Program-made: the position numbers and the translations under genes | Part shown: positions 1 to 9,401 of the stretch, in pieces | Numbering within the stretch: the first letter of the stretch is position 1 | Layout of the letters: each line of letters begins with the position of its first letter | Origin: Verrucomicrobiales bacterium | GTDB taxonomy: Bacteria; Verrucomicrobiota; Verrucomicrobiia; Verrucomicrobiales; V1-33 | Length of the DNA: 64,000 bases | Reading direction: 5' to 3' | Assembly (NCBI GenBank): GCA_028293125.1 | Contig: JAQGPJ010000051.1 | Location: 68,036 to 132,035, forward strand | Notes under the pieces: generated by a model | What the model saw: the letters and a program-made list of their open reading frames with translations, nothing else | What the model was told of the DNA's origin: nothing | The model's database searches: none

Positions 1-10
1 GCCGCCCGAT

Positions 11-1495
11 TCAGACCAGAAGCGCGTTTTCGGCAAAGCGCTTCAGCAGTGCGGCAGCATCGGGGAATTCCGCCTCCAGCTCCGCGACACTCCTTGTGCC
101 GTCCAGCCGGCCCAGCAGTTGTCTCTCCCTGGGTCCCAGCAGCAGCTCCTGATGCGTCAGGCTGGTGATCCGCGGACCGCGCGCGGCCTGCCAGCGGCAG
201 TAGGGATGGGTGGACGGTGTGTCGGAAACGGCGGCCTGAAAAACCACCGGATGCATCCGGAACTCCACTCCCCGTGAGAGGGAAAGGCAAAGCAGCAGAC
301 TGCTGCCCAGCGCGGCTGCTTCCTGGGAACCCGCCGGCACCCCGCAGGCCGCCGCGGCTTTGGCCAGCAAATCGGGAAAGCTGAGCATGGCGGGCCATAC
401 CGCATGCAGTTCCCGCAGGGCGGCGGCGGTCAGGGAATCCCTGGCCTGGATCACCGTGCCATCGGGATCGCGGAACTGGGGACGGGCTTGGCCGCCCCCC
501 TGCCCGGCGGAGCTTTGCAAAGGCATGGGCTCCAGGGAGGAGGCAAAATGGAGATGCTGCACGCGGTCGGGGGAAATGGAGCGCTTCACGTCCACTCCGG
601 CGCGGCACAGCAGGGTCTGGCGGAAGGAGCGGTTGCGGACGAAGTCGCCGTACTGCTCCGCCTCCTCCGCGTTGGAGGCCATCTGCCGCAGGCCGGCCCG
701 CACCCCGTCGGGGAATCCGGCGGAGGACATGGTGTGGATCTCCGCCTCCGCCAGAAACCGGAGCCCCCGTCGGGAGGCGTGGCTGATGAACTCGTGGAAA
801 TAACAGGGATCGTTGGTGCGCTCCAGATGTTCGTGGGCGATGTAGAAGTCCCCCACTTCCCGCAGATGGGCCAGTTCCTCCCCCATGGCGCGGCCTCCCC
901 CATCCGGTCGGTCCCGGAAGGCCGGCTCCAGAAACGCAAAGAGCGCGCGGGCTCCCGCCACCTTCGCTTCCAAGGTGCCGGCGTGCCGCGTGTGGAACTG
1001 CACCATGCCCCGGAGGGCGGCGCGGGCGGCGGAGCCCGGCAGGGTGTTGTAGCTGATGCAGGCCACGCCCATGGGATTGAGCAGCCGGCCGCACAGGGCC
1101 ATCAATTTGTCCCGCACGGGAGCGGCCACCCAGGAGTAAACCCCGTGGGCGATGATGTAGTCCCACGCGCCGTTGTCCGGTCCCAGGTCCTCCAGGCCGA
1201 GGGCATAAAAGGTCACATTGCCCAGCCCCAACTCATCCGCCGCCGCGCGGGCTTTGGTGATCTGGACGGATGACAGATCGATCCCTGTGAAATGGCTGGC
1301 CGGATACATGGCCGCCATGGGCAGGAGATTTCCCCCCACCGCGCAGCCGATCTCCAGCACCTGCGCCCCGTCCTTCAGGGAGCAGGGCTCCATGCCGAAC
1401 AGCGACGCCACCGCCGCCAGGCTGGCGGGATGGGACTTAGGATGGGCGCAGCTTTCATAGGCAATGTCGGCATATTCGTCAGGGAGGTCGGACAT
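11..1495 (-). CDS. Class I SAM-dependent methyltransferase with a long C-terminal (methyltransferase-regulatory-like) domain
   Basis: ORF 11..1750 trimmed to the ATG at 1495 (MSDLPDEYADIAYE...). It has SAM motif I VLEIGCAVGGN followed by GIDLS. The roughly 300 aa C-terminal extension resembles MethyTransf_Reg-type proteins (family assignment from memory). The upstream part of the ORF is Arg/Gly/Ala-rich and looks non-coding. Confidence 0.75.
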   Translation of the reverse strand: MSDLPDEYADIAYESCAHPKSHPASLAAVASLFGMEPCSLKDGAQVLEIGCAVGGNLLPMAAMYPASHFTGIDLSSVQITKARAAADELGLGNVTFYALGLEDLGPDNGAWDYIIAHGVYSWVAAPVRDKLMALCGRLLNPMGVACISYNTLPGSAARAALRGMVQFHTRHAGTLEAKVAGARALFAFLEPAFRDRPDGGGRAMGEELAHLREVGDFYIAHEHLERTNDPCYFHEFISHASRRGLRFLAEAEIHTMSSAGFPDGVRAGLRQMASNAEEAEQYGDFVRNRSFRQTLLCRAGVDVKRSISPDRVQHLHFASSLEPMPLQSSAGQGGGQARPQFRDPDGTVIQARDSLTAAALRELHAVWPAMLSFPDLLAKAAAACGVPAGSQEAAALGSSLLLCLSLSRGVEFRMHPVVFQAAVSDTPSTHPYCRWQAARGPRITSLTHQELLLGPRERQLLGRLDGTRSVAELEAEFPDAAALLKRFAENALLV

Positions 1496-1542
1496 GGGGA
1501 AGGAAGAAAGGGGGGAAGCCGTCCACGGGAATGCCGGGAGGA

Positions 1543-2358
1543 TCAGACAATGCCGATCCGGATCCGGGCGCTCCAGAACCACGGCTGCTGCCCGGCTCCA
1601 AAAGCCGACTCCGCGGCGGCCTGCAGCCGGTCCAGTCCGATGGACTCCCTGGCAAGACCATTTTTCAGCACGGTCTGCACATGCCCCTGGCTGAGCAGCA
1701 GGCCGGTCAGCCGCTCCGCCCCTCCCTGATCCCAGTGATGCATCAGGCATTCCCGCACGAAGCGGAAACGGCCGCTGGACTCCATGCGCTCCAGGTGGCC
1801 GGGTTTATCCCACTGCTGAAGGCCGCCGCTCAGGCCATGCTGCTTTTCCAACTGGCGGCTGCGGGCGCAGCATTCCAGATACAGGGCGTCCACCTCCGGA
1901 AACGGCGTGGCCGGCGGCCAGTCGTAGTCATAGGCCGCAAACACCCCGCCGGGCCGCAAAATACGCGCGGCCTCCGTGAAGGTCCCCGCAGGCTCCATCC
2001 AGTGCAGCGACTGCGCGCAGATCACCAAATCCGCGCAGCCGTCCGGCAGCCCTGTCCGGTGCGAATACCCCCGACGGTAGGAAATGTAGTCGCCTCCGCC
2101 CCCCTGCTGCTCCGCCTGCTCCCGCATGGAGTCCGTGGGCTCGATGCCGATGACCGCCTCCGCCCACCGCTGCCAGTAGCGGGTGGACAGCCCCGTGCCG
2201 CTGCCCAGATCCACCACCAGCCGCGCCGTTTCCCCGCACCCGGCCATCGGCAGCAGCAAATCCGCCAGCGCCGCCGGCGCGGCGGGCCGCACCCCGTCGT
2301 AATGGGCTCCAAAGCCGGTGAAACGGTCCAAAGTGATGGAAAAGGCGGCCTCATTCAT
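1543..2358 (-). CDS. Class I SAM-dependent methyltransferase (Methyltransf_11-like)
   Basis: 271 aa ORF with an ATG start. Motif I is VVDLGSGTGLST, followed by GIEPT, ADLVICAQSLHW and LRPGGVF. It lies in tandem 47 bp upstream of the next methyltransferase. Confidence 0.75.
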   Translation of the reverse strand: MNEAAFSITLDRFTGFGAHYDGVRPAAPAALADLLLPMAGCGETARLVVDLGSGTGLSTRYWQRWAEAVIGIEPTDSMREQAEQQGGGGDYISYRRGYSHRTGLPDGCADLVICAQSLHWMEPAGTFTEAARILRPGGVFAAYDYDWPPATPFPEVDALYLECCARSRQLEKQHGLSGGLQQWDKPGHLERMESSGRFRFVRECLMHHWDQGGAERLTGLLLSQGHVQTVLKNGLARESIGLDRLQAAAESAFGAGQQPWFWSARIRIGIV

Positions 2359-2649
2359 AACATTGAGGCCTTTTCCTTCGCGGGAGCGGACGCGGGTTTC
2401 AACAGGTCAAACCCGGTTGGCGGGGGTTCAGCATCCGGGCGGCTGGCCTCCGAGGGATATTTCAGGGCCGGGACGGAGGAGTCACTGACTGACCCGGCTG
2501 GGTGGCGTCGCCAGGAATTGGAGCGGTGGCCGCAGGATTGGCTTCCTCCTGCGGCGTGATGACTTTGGTGATCGACACCTTTGAAGTGAGTTCAATCCGG
2601 TCACCATTCCGCAAATACAGGCCGGCTGCGGATTCCTGCGCCCCCGGCT

Positions 2650-2910
2650 CAAAAACGGTCTTTCCTGGAATGCCGCGGCCATGATGGCGGGACGCTGGAG
2701 ATGACCGCGCGGGAATTCGCCGTGCTGCGGCTGCTGGTGCAGCGTCGGGGAAAGCCGGTGACACGGGACCAGTTCCTGGATCTGGTGTGGGGCCTCGGCG
2801 CCGGCATCACCACCCGCACCGTGGACAATCACATCGCCATGCTGCGCTCCAGGATTGAAGCCAATCCCTCCTGGCCCCGCTGGATCCGCACCGTCCACAA
2901 AGTGGGCTAA
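2650..2910 (+). pseudogene. 5'-truncated OmpR/PhoB-family response regulator remnant (winged-helix DNA-binding domain only)
   Basis: The translation ...GGTLEMTAREFAVLRLLVQRRGKPVTRDQFLDLVWG...TRTVDNHIAMLRSRIEANP...IRTVHKVG matches the Trans_reg_C pattern (LT.rEF.lL ... R.vD.hI..LR.KiE ... I.TV...GY). The same frame is closed by a TGA at 2587..2589. No receiver domain (D..D..K) is visible in any upstream frame. Confidence 0.7.
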
Positions 2911-3001
2911 CGGCTGGAGTGGTGAGCATACCGCGGAGGTTGATTTTCCGGCGTTTCCCGCCTTGCGGCAACCTCCGGGAAAGGGCCTGCTGGCGGCTGT
3001 C

Positions 3002-3709
3002 ATGCCCGGACTCCGCCTTGATCAGCTTCTCTCCCGATACGGCCATTGCAGCCGCCGCGAGGCGGCGGACTGGCTGCGCGGCGGGCGGGTCACGGACCGG
3101 GATGGGACCCCGCTGCTGAATACGGCCCAGCGGGCGGATCCGGAGGAGGTGCGGATCGATGGACAGCCGGTGGAGTTTCCCGACCGCCTGGTGGTCATGC
3201 TGCACAAGCCGGCAGGCTGTGCCTGCTCCCACAATCCCGCGGAATCCCCGCTGATTTATGATCTGCTGCCGCCCCGGTGGCTGCGGCGCAATCCGGGTCC
3301 GGTCAGCGTGGGCCGTCTGGACCGGGAAACCACCGGGCTGCTGCTGATCACGGACGACGGTGCCTTGGCCCACCGCCTGACATCGCCGAAGCACGAGATC
3401 GAAAAAACCTACGAGGTCACCGTCAGCGCGCCGTTGCCCGACGGGCTGGCGGAGCTTCTCGCCTCCGGCACCCTCCTTCTGCGCGGGGAGACCAAACCCT
3501 GCCTCCCGGCCCGGCTGGAGATCACCGGTCCCCTCACCGCCCGCCTTTTTCTCCGCGAGGGAAAATACCATCAGGTGCGGCGCATGCTGGCCAGTCAGGG
3601 CTGTCCCGTCACCGCCCTGCACCGCAGCGCCATCGGGGAATTGACGTTGAACGGTCTGCCGGAAGGCCAGTGGCGGGATTGCCGGGAGCTTTTAGACCGG
3701 CTGCACTGA
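3002..3709 (+). CDS. rsuA: Pseudouridine synthase, RsuA/RluB/E/F family (S4 domain + catalytic domain)
   Basis: ORF 2855..3709 trimmed to the ATG at 3002 (MPGLRLDQLLSRYGHCSRREAADWLRGGRV, an S4-like N-terminus). The catalytic motif is VGRLDRETTGLLLITDDGALAHRLTSPKHEIEKTYEV, and KYHQVRRM is present near the C-terminus. Confidence 0.85.
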   Translation: MPGLRLDQLLSRYGHCSRREAADWLRGGRVTDRDGTPLLNTAQRADPEEVRIDGQPVEFPDRLVVMLHKPAGCACSHNPAESPLIYDLLPPRWLRRNPGPVSVGRLDRETTGLLLITDDGALAHRLTSPKHEIEKTYEVTVSAPLPDGLAELLASGTLLLRGETKPCLPARLEITGPLTARLFLREGKYHQVRRMLASQGCPVTALHRSAIGELTLNGLPEGQWRDCRELLDRLH

Positions 3710-3744
3710 CCCGGCCTGAACAACTGGCCGCACCCGGTCGCCTG

Positions 3745-3999
3745 TCACGCCTGAGCCGGGCGGCCCTCGGTGAGCACCTGCCGCACACATTCCCGCAGCG
3801 CCCCCCGGCCATAGGAGGGGGCCGCCGTGGTGCGGCAGACCTGCACGGCGGCGGCGAGCTCCGCAGGGGAGTGCCCCCGGAACTCCTGGCTCAGCTGATC
3901 AATGAATTCCGGAAGCTCGTGCTGCTGCGTGGCATCGAAATGATGGTCATGCGCGGCATCGGCCTCCGCAGGGATGAGTTCAGGCTTTGGAGCGGACAT
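3745..3999 (-). CDS. Hypothetical small acidic protein (84 aa)
   Basis: ORF 3745..4197 trimmed to an internal ATG at 3999 (MSAPKPELIPAEADAAHDHH...). Its composition is more protein-like than the overlapping plus-strand Arg-rich ORFs. I recognise no motif. Confidence 0.35.
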   Translation of the reverse strand: MSAPKPELIPAEADAAHDHHFDATQQHELPEFIDQLSQEFRGHSPAELAAAVQVCRTTAAPSYGRGALRECVRQVLTEGRPAQA

Positions 4000-4009
4000 G
4001 GCGGGCTGG

Positions 4010-4030
4010 GAAAAGAAAAGAAAAGAAAAG
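4010..4030. repeat. Pentanucleotide microsatellite (GAAAA)x4 in a divergent intergenic region
   Basis: Read directly: g aaaag aaaag aaaag aaaag. On the minus strand this is (TTTTC)4, ending about 10 nt upstream of the ATG at 3999. Confidence 0.9.
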
Positions 4031-4245
4031 GACTGGCATCGGAAACGGAACGGAATTCCACCGTGGGATCCGCAGCCGCCGGCAAAAAAGAAAACGGCGG
4101 ACCCGGCGGCGGTGGATGATGTGGTTTTGCGGAATGCAGCGCGGGCCTGTATGCTATTTAATTTATATATATAACAAAATTGTGGATTGTCCAGCACCAG
4201 GATTTCCTTTATGAAGGCAGGCTTCCGCTGAATTCCGTTCCTCCC

Positions 4246-7200
4246 ATGAAAACACCCGGTGCCTTTTTGCTGCTGCTTTTTGCCAGTGCCCTGCCCCTGC
4301 CCGCGCGGGTGACCGCCACCCGCAATGGAGCGAATCTGGCCACGCGGAACTATCCCTCCGCGGCTTCGGCAGTGGCGCCGGTGACCGTGACTCTTGCCGG
4401 GGAGCCGGGACTGACCGTCACCGCCACCGTGGACGGCACGCCTTTGGCGCTGGGTGCCACGTTAGTGTGGGAGCCGGGATACCATGAGGTTTACGAGACC
4501 AAAGCAGCCTCCACTGGGGGCACGCCGGTCACCACCCTGGCTTTTCAGTTCATCATCGCGGGACCGGGCCGGGGCACCACGGAGATGGGACTGCCCGTTT
4601 CCGAACCGTGGCCTTTGGTGAACGATGCGCCCTCCGCCTTCGCCGGTCAGAACCTGCAGATCACGGCTCCCGCCCAGTACCCTCTGAACCTGCCGGTGCC
4701 GATCGTGGCGCGCCTGAAAAAAGGGCCGGCAGCCGGTGCCGCCACCGGCGATCCGCTTTTTCTGAATGGCGTTGTGTCCTCCGGAAAATACCCCTCCCGG
4801 AGCCTGCAGCTCAAACGGGGCTGGGGATCCACCATTCTACCACCGGCCACGGAGGCGGGAGTCCGGAACTTTGAAGCAAAAGTCAACGGCCTCGCCGTCA
4901 CCGCCCCGATCGAATACGAGTCCAGCACGCAATGGACCACCAAAAACGGTGCCCTTACCGGCAATGAAGCCTGGCCTGCCGGCAGCCGCATTGACCTGAC
5001 CGCCACTCTCACCGTGAAGGACGGTGCCGCCCTTAACGTCGGCCCCGGCACGGTCATCCGCGCCGCCCCCGGGGTTGAAATCTGGATTGAGCCCGGCGGC
5101 ACCGTGATCCTGAACGGCACACCGGCGCAGCCCGTCGTCATCTCGCCGGCCAGCACCGCCGCGCCGTGGGGCGGATTCTGGCTGCACCAATCCAGTGTGG
5201 CCGGCAAATCCGCCGCCCTGAACGCCACGGACACGCTGTTCTGCTGCTGGGGGGCGAATCAGAACTGGTACACGGTTTCCGGCGTCACGCCCTCCCGCGG
5301 CATTTTTTCCCGGCACCGCCAGCAGCAGCCGTGCTTCGCCATCGGCACGCGGGCCCGGTGCGTTCTGACAGACTGCGCCATGATCGGCCCGGTCACCGCC
5401 GGGGAGACGCGCGGCGCGGGATTCGCGCTGCAGGATGGCACGCTGTCCCTGAACGGCACCTTCCTCCAGCGCTGCATCACGGGCGGGGAACAGGTCGGCG
5501 GCAGTGTCGAAATCCACCGCTCGGCCCTGTTTGACATGACGGAGCCCGGCACCAGTCCGGACGACGGCACAGCCTTTGACGATTCCGACAATGACGGCAT
5601 TTACCTCGTGCCGGGAGCCGGCAACGCCTACCGGATTTCCAAAACTCTCATTGGCTGGACCAAGGATGATGGCATCGACAGCGGGGCCAATGGGCCGGGA
5701 ACGGTCACCTGCGACGGCTGCTGGTTTGAGAGCTGCACTCATGAGGCCTTTTCGAATTCCGGCGGCAACCGGGTGCCCGAAACCCGCAACAGCGTCCACT
5801 TCAACAACGGCCAGGGCATGGAGTGCGGCTACGGCGACTCCGGCACCGGGCCGCAAAGCCTGGTGGACCGCTGCCTGATGATCGGAAACCTCTGCGGCGT
5901 GCGCTATGGGGACAATTACAGCTCCATGGGCACCTACGGCGGGACGATCACGGTGCGGGACTCCCTTCTGCTGCACAACACTTTCCGCGATGCCTTCGCC
6001 ATGGAGTGGCGGTCCTCCTCCAACTGGAGCTATCAGGATGCGCGGCTGGTGCTGCAAAACAGCAAACTCACCCGCCCGGAGGATCTGGCTCACCAGCAGG
6101 GCGCGGAGGACACGCCGGCCAGTTCCCTGTGGGATCCGGATGTGGATGGACCGCAACTGGCCGGATTCATGCCCGTGCCGGATTCCGCTGTGGGCGTGGC
6201 CCTGCTGCACAGTGCCGGCATCAGTCCCGTCTCCCTTTATCCCGGCGATGGCGTTTTCCACGTACGGCTCAGCACCTTCAGCAGTAAAACCGTCACCGTG
6301 CCCTGGAGTGTCATCGGCAAAGTGGACCGCACCGCCGCCGCGGACCTGCGCATTGCCTCCGGCACCATCATCTTTTCGCCCGGGGAAACGGTGAAATTCA
6401 TCACCGCCCCGCTGCCGGAATTGGTCCGGTTGGAGGCGGTGCGCGTGGCTCTGGGGGCTGTGGTCAATGCCGAGGCCACCGGCCGCGACGCGTGGTTCAC
6501 GGCCATGGCGGATCCCGTGACGGAGACAGTGCTCGCCAAAGGTTCAGGCGGCTGGGATTATTATGCCAACCGGACTCCGGCCGCCTCCGCCCAGAAGCCT
6601 TTGGACGATGCCGCAGGCCGGACTTGGACAGCGGCGGATTACAGCGTGGATGCCACGTGGAAAACCGGCAAAACCGCCCCCATCGGCTGGGGAAATCTGG
6701 GAGCCTCAGCTCCATTCCTTCCGCTCGGCACCACCCTTCCCGGGGTGGAGCAGGGCATCACCACCTATTTCCGTAAAACCTTTACGGTTTCCAATCCGGC
6801 CTCCATCCGCTCGCTGCAATTGCAGCTTCTCAGCGATGACGGCGCTGTGGCTTTTATCAACGGAGTGCCCTTCCCTCCGGTCAATGTGGACCCTGGCACC
6901 TCTCCCGGCGGCGTTTCCGGCATCGCGTCGGACACACTGGCCACCTCCACCAAGGGCGACGGGCCGGCGGAAACCACTTACGATGCCTTGGATGCCGGCA
7001 GTGCGGTCCTCGGCGCGCTGAAGGAGGGGCCCAACGTGCTGGCCATCGAAATCCATCAGGGCGGCGCCAGCTCCGGCGATGCCGTGGCCGATGCCGCCCT
7101 CGTGCTGACCCGCAATCCGCCCGGCAGTGGTCCTGACGGCGGTGGGATCAGCGTTCTCAGCCTTGATCAGCGTTCGTTTCTCCTGCGGGAGGATGCGGTC

Positions 7201-7317
7201 TCCGCGCTGGAGGAATCCACGGACCTCCTTGAATGGACTGCAGTTCCACAGGCGGAGAACCCATTTCCGGTTCCTGCGGACAGCAGTCCCCGGAAATTCT
7301 ACAGGCTGCGGAAATAA
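4246..7317 (+). CDS. Large secreted protein with a right-handed beta-helix region, a Calx-beta-like domain, a beta-sandwich (NVLAIEIHQ-type) domain and a C-terminal FYR module
   Basis: ATG at 4246 gives the signal peptide MKTPGAFLLLLFASALPLPARV. Beta-helix-like stretches include GTVIRAAPGVEIWIEPGGTVILNG and DNDGIYLV...KDDGIDSG. The Calx-like stretch is TVTVPWSVIG...ASGTIIFSPGETVKFI. TYFRKTFTV...LLSDDGAVAFINGV...NVLAIEIHQGGASSGD follows. The protein ends in RKFYRLRK. Confidence 0.8.
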   Translation: MKTPGAFLLLLFASALPLPARVTATRNGANLATRNYPSAASAVAPVTVTLAGEPGLTVTATVDGTPLALGATLVWEPGYHEVYETKAASTGGTPVTTLAFQFIIAGPGRGTTEMGLPVSEPWPLVNDAPSAFAGQNLQITAPAQYPLNLPVPIVARLKKGPAAGAATGDPLFLNGVVSSGKYPSRSLQLKRGWGSTILPPATEAGVRNFEAKVNGLAVTAPIEYESSTQWTTKNGALTGNEAWPAGSRIDLTATLTVKDGAALNVGPGTVIRAAPGVEIWIEPGGTVILNGTPAQPVVISPASTAAPWGGFWLHQSSVAGKSAALNATDTLFCCWGANQNWYTVSGVTPSRGIFSRHRQQQPCFAIGTRARCVLTDCAMIGPVTAGETRGAGFALQDGTLSLNGTFLQRCITGGEQVGGSVEIHRSALFDMTEPGTSPDDGTAFDDSDNDGIYLVPGAGNAYRISKTLIGWTKDDGIDSGANGPGTVTCDGCWFESCTHEAFSNSGGNRVPETRNSVHFNNGQGMECGYGDSGTGPQSLVDRCLMIGNLCGVRYGDNYSSMGTYGGTITVRDSLLLHNTFRDAFAMEWRSSSNWSYQDARLVLQNSKLTRPEDLAHQQGAEDTPASSLWDPDVDGPQLAGFMPVPDSAVGVALLHSAGISPVSLYPGDGVFHVRLSTFSSKTVTVPWSVIGKVDRTAAADLRIASGTIIFSPGETVKFITAPLPELVRLEAVRVALGAVVNAEATGRDAWFTAMADPVTETVLAKGSGGWDYYANRTPAASAQKPLDDAAGRTWTAADYSVDATWKTGKTAPIGWGNLGASAPFLPLGTTLPGVEQGITTYFRKTFTVSNPASIRSLQLQLLSDDGAVAFINGVPFPPVNVDPGTSPGGVSGIASDTLATSTKGDGPAETTYDALDAGSAVLGALKEGPNVLAIEIHQGGASSGDAVADAALVLTRNPPGSGPDGGGISVLSLDQRSFLLREDAVSALEESTDLLEWTAVPQAENPFPVPADSSPRKFYRLRK

Positions 7318-7379
7318 ATAAATCCCCGTGCTCCTTTTCCTTTACCGCCATCAGCGCCTGACAGGCCCCGCCGGAGGGC

Positions 7380-7700
7380 TCAATGATGCAGAAAACCGGC
7401 AAAGACCGCGGCCCAGACAAAGGCGATGATCAGTAAAATGCCCCCCACCCAGTATTTCCATGGCAGGTGGTGCGGCTTGAATCGGCTGCTGCGGGTGCCG
7501 AACTCGCGCTTTTTCCAGTCCTCATAGTCGAATTCCTCCCCGGCATGGAACATGTCCACCCCATCGTCTCCGTTCTCATCCGGCGTGGGTTCGCGGGAGC
7601 TGCAGCGGGGGCAGCCGGAGGACCCCACCCGCACCTCAGCCCCGCATGACGGACAGGCGTACCAGTCAGCTTCCCGGGGCGAGTTTAAGTAGCGGCTCAT
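7380..7700 (-). CDS. Zinc-ribbon membrane protein (hypothetical)
   Basis: ATG at 7700. The CPSCG...GCPRC pair forms a zinc-ribbon-like motif. An acidic linker follows, then a C-terminal TM helix WVGGILLIIAFVWAAVFAGFL. Confidence 0.55.
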   Translation of the reverse strand: MSRYLNSPREADWYACPSCGAEVRVGSSGCPRCSSREPTPDENGDDGVDMFHAGEEFDYEDWKKREFGTRSSRFKPHHLPWKYWVGGILLIIAFVWAAVFAGFLHH

Positions 7701-7837
7701 AAAACCTCCGCATTTTGGCGTGGATTCCCGCAAATGTCCAGCGCCGGGATTCCGCAATCACCTTTGGCTTTACATCCTGGCGGCTCCCCCTTTTAGTCGG
7801 CCCGCGTCCACTGGTTTTTTTCCTGCCACACCCCGCT

Positions 7838-9349
7838 ATGCTCCCCCACCCGCTTTCCCGACTGGCTGCGCTGACTTTTCTTACCCTCCCGGTCTCCACC
7901 CTGTCAGTCCGCGCTGAGGAGGCCCCGGCGGAGGAGAAAACCAGTTCCCTGGGTAAACAGTACCAGAGCATCGTCAATGTGGAGTGCTCCTCCCTGCGCG
8001 TGGATTACCGCACTCCCTGGAACGCCGCCACACCCACCGGAGGCAGCGGCACGGCCTTTCTCATCGGACCGAACCTTTTTATGACCAACGCCCATGTGGT
8101 CAGCAACGCCAGCCGGCTGGAGATCAAGCGTGTGGGGGACTCCACGCCCCACCGCGCGAGAGTGAAGCACATCGCCCATGACTGCGATCTGGCCCTGCTG
8201 GAGCTGGATCCGCCGGTGGCCGCTTTTGAAAAAGCGGAACCACTGGCCATCAGTGTGGATATTCCCAAGCTGGACACCACGGTGAAGGTGGTGGGCTTTC
8301 CCATCGGAGGAGACCGTATCTCCGTCACCCGCGGGGTGGTCAGCCGGGTGGACTATCAGGAATACAGCCACAGCGGAGTGGACCAGCATCTGGCTATCCA
8401 GATCGACGCCGCCATCAACCCCGGCAACTCCGGCGGCCCGGTGCTTCAGGATGGCAAGGTGATCGGCGTCGCCTTCCAGGGCTACAGCGGCGATGTGGCG
8501 CAGAACACCGGCTACATGATTCCGGTGCCGGTCATCCGCCGGTTCCTGAAAGATGTGGAGGACGGGAAATACGACCACTACGGCGAACTGGCCATCGCGC
8601 ACTATCCCATCCTGAATCCCGCCCAGCGCAAGGTCCTCAACCTGCCGGCCCAGGATGTCGGGGTGATGATCACCTCCGTGGACAGCACCGGCACCTGCGC
8701 CGGGGTGCTGAAGCCCGGCGATGTTCTCCTGGCGCTGGACGGCTATGCCGTGGACAGCAATGGCTCCATCAACATCGACGGCGAGCAGACGGAGATGGCG
8801 GAGGTTGTGGAGCGCAAGTTTGTTGGCGACAAAATCAAGTTGAAGGTCTGGCGCGACGGCAAGGAACAGGAGTTCGAGGTCGCGCTCAAAGCCTTCCCCC
8901 AGTACCTCATTCAGGCCAACCAGTACGAGAGGCAGCCGGAGTATGTGATGTATGCCGGCCTGGTCTTCCAGCCGCTGGACCGCGAGCTGATGGACACCTT
9001 CGGCCTGACGAATCTGCGCACGCGGTATTATTTCAATTACTACACACAGGACGAGCTTTACAAGGAGATGCCGGAGGTGGTGGTGCTGACCAGCATCCTG
9101 CCGGACTCCATCAACACCTGGCTGCGCGACTACACCGGACAGGTGGTGGAGGAGGTGAACGGCGTCAAGGTGAAGTCCCTCAAGGATGTGCAGTCGGCGC
9201 TGGCGCACGGTCCGGAGGGTTCCCATGTGGTCATCAAACTGGCCGGTGAGTCCCGCCCCCTCGCGCTCGACAAGACGCTGGTGTCGGCGGCCCACGCCCG
9301 CATCCGCCAGAAATACCGGGTCTCCAAGGACGCCTATATCACCCCCTGA
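7838..9349 (+). CDS. Secreted trypsin-like serine protease of the HtrA/Deg (S1C) type with PDZ-like C-terminal region
   Basis: ATG at 7838 gives the signal-like N-terminus MLPHPLSRLAALTFLTLPVSTLSVRA. The catalytic triad contexts are TNAHVV (His), HDCDLALLEL (Asp) and NPGNSGGPV (Ser). A PDZ-like stretch is GVLKPGDVLLALDGYAV. Confidence 0.85.
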   Translation: MLPHPLSRLAALTFLTLPVSTLSVRAEEAPAEEKTSSLGKQYQSIVNVECSSLRVDYRTPWNAATPTGGSGTAFLIGPNLFMTNAHVVSNASRLEIKRVGDSTPHRARVKHIAHDCDLALLELDPPVAAFEKAEPLAISVDIPKLDTTVKVVGFPIGGDRISVTRGVVSRVDYQEYSHSGVDQHLAIQIDAAINPGNSGGPVLQDGKVIGVAFQGYSGDVAQNTGYMIPVPVIRRFLKDVEDGKYDHYGELAIAHYPILNPAQRKVLNLPAQDVGVMITSVDSTGTCAGVLKPGDVLLALDGYAVDSNGSINIDGEQTEMAEVVERKFVGDKIKLKVWRDGKEQEFEVALKAFPQYLIQANQYERQPEYVMYAGLVFQPLDRELMDTFGLTNLRTRYYFNYYTQDELYKEMPEVVVLTSILPDSINTWLRDYTGQVVEEVNGVKVKSLKDVQSALAHGPEGSHVVIKLAGESRPLALDKTLVSAAHARIRQKYRVSKDAYITP

Positions 9350-9401
9350 CCGCGCCGCGCCCCCTCCTGCGTCCCTTTCCCGACTTTCACTCCTTTCGCT
9401 C

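Noticed and set aside
2462-2764. 100-aa minus-strand ORF ending ...LYLRNGDRIELTSKVSITKVITPQEEANP...
   Set aside because: The C-terminal 50 aa look vaguely protein-like. However, the only ATG overlaps the response-regulator remnant, only non-ATG internal starts are available, and I recognise no motif. The support is insufficient for a CDS call.
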